NCBI GenBank assembly: GCA_964016885.1
Contig: OZ024740.1
Span: 337,652,001-337,716,000 of the forward strand
From: Eledone cirrhosa
Taxonomy: Eukaryota
Length of the DNA: 64,000 bases
Direction: 5' to 3'
Below are positions 62,820 to 64,000 of the stretch, piece after piece (positions within the stretch are counted from its first letter, which is position 1; each line of letters begins with the position of its first letter). Both the position numbers and the translations under genes were made by a program. The notes beneath the pieces were generated by a model. The model was not told the origin of the DNA. It saw nothing but the letters and a program-made list of their open reading frames with translations, and did no database searches.

Positions 62820-64000
62820 CAGAATTATTGTCAAAGCGGAGAAAACCTCAAATGTGTATACATACAATAGCTTCATACGGAAAGAATTACATAGGAAATA
62901 CAAAAAAACTAATGAGACAGCACTGATAAACATCAACAACGAGGCACACAATATAGTCAAACACCTAAGAATAGACGACAGAACGGAGCCACTTAGGCCA
63001 TGTACCCCCACATTTAATCTCAAGGACCACACGGTAAATTTTGATTATAATCCCACAATTAGACTTATATGCCCGTCCAAATCGGACATCGGGAAAATTA
63101 GTAAACATATATTAGACAGAGTGATAGCACAAATGAAGAATAAACTAGTGATTAAACTATGGGGTAACGCTACCGAAACAATTAAGTGGTTTAACAATAT
63201 AGCTAACAAAAAAGTATCTAAATTTATACAATTTGACATTAACGACTATTACTCCTCTATATCCCCCAACACCTTGGATAAAGATTTAGCATTCGCCAAA
63301 GCCAATTCTGACCTAACAGACGACGATATAAAAATCATATTAACTGCTAGGAAAACAATAATTAAATTTGAAAACGCCTATTGGGAACGTAAGGATAGAT
63401 TAAATAACTTTGACATCACGATGGGAGCTAACGACTCGGCTCAAGTCACATATTTAGTAGGTATTTACATAGCCCATAGTTTACAGAGTGAATTTAGCGA
63501 CCTTCACGGTGGAATCTACAGAGACGACGCCCTTCTCCTAGTTAAGAACCTAAATAACCAGAGCATAGAAAGACTCCGTAAGAATATTAGAAAGACTCGG
63601 GAAACTAGGCCTTAGCATAACGTATGAGTATAGCACTAAAACAGTTAACTTTCTAGACGCGACGCTTAACCTAAATACGGGACTTATAAGACCTTTTCAC
63701 AAGATTAATGAAAACTTAGCATACATCAACTGTAACTCAAACCACCCACTATCCATAATTAAATCGATTCCACGCAGCATACCACTTAGGATCTCCCGCC
63801 TCTCGTCTAACCGACAAATCTTCGAGGAACATGCAGAATACTACAATACCGCACTAGACAAGACAGGCCCCTTAGATAGAGTAGAATATATAGATGAAAG
63901 CCTCCGCAAAGCGCACACGAACACGCATAAAACAAACTCCAGAAACACACATACACACGCATAGAACTACAAATTATACGGTAAATAGAAATACAACATC
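62820..64000 (+). pseudogene. Third Naiad-type PLE, 5'-truncated RT fragment with a frameshift near 63600
   Basis: IRLICPSKSD, FIQFDINDYY, FDITMGANDSAQ, GGIYRDD; continues in another frame as VNFLDATL..SNHP. Confidence 0.88.

Overview
AT-rich, microsatellite-dense animal DNA. The SINE/RTE repertoire and (TA)n/(ATC)n landscape suggest a cephalopod (Octopus-like) genome, which is an inference. No prokaryotic features, CRISPR arrays, rRNA or true tRNA genes were seen. Three short minus-strand exons (50756-50821, 30115-30257, 25302-25344) splice in frame into the C-terminus of a C20orf96/DUF4618-like coiled-coil protein, so much of the window is intronic. The rest is mostly mobile elements: Penelope-like elements of the Naiad type from three families (YRDD RT plus C-terminal GIY-YIG), several RTE LINEs (one with an intact 1056-aa ORF; the four copies spanning that part of RT carry a PHD-like finger inside it), CR1-like and CRE LINE remnants, a decayed Ty3/gypsy, mariner and piggyBac-type elements, a probable mini-Helitron and tRNA-derived SINEs. 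The most notable hidden layer is about a dozen type I hammerhead ribozyme (HHR) motifs, ranging from intact to point-mutated. They sit in Penelope pseudo-LTRs and in tiny non-coding, often fold-back, elements inserted in (TA)n tracts, including a perfect 157-bp palindrome with back-to-back hammerheads. All calls were made by eye, without database searches or folding software.
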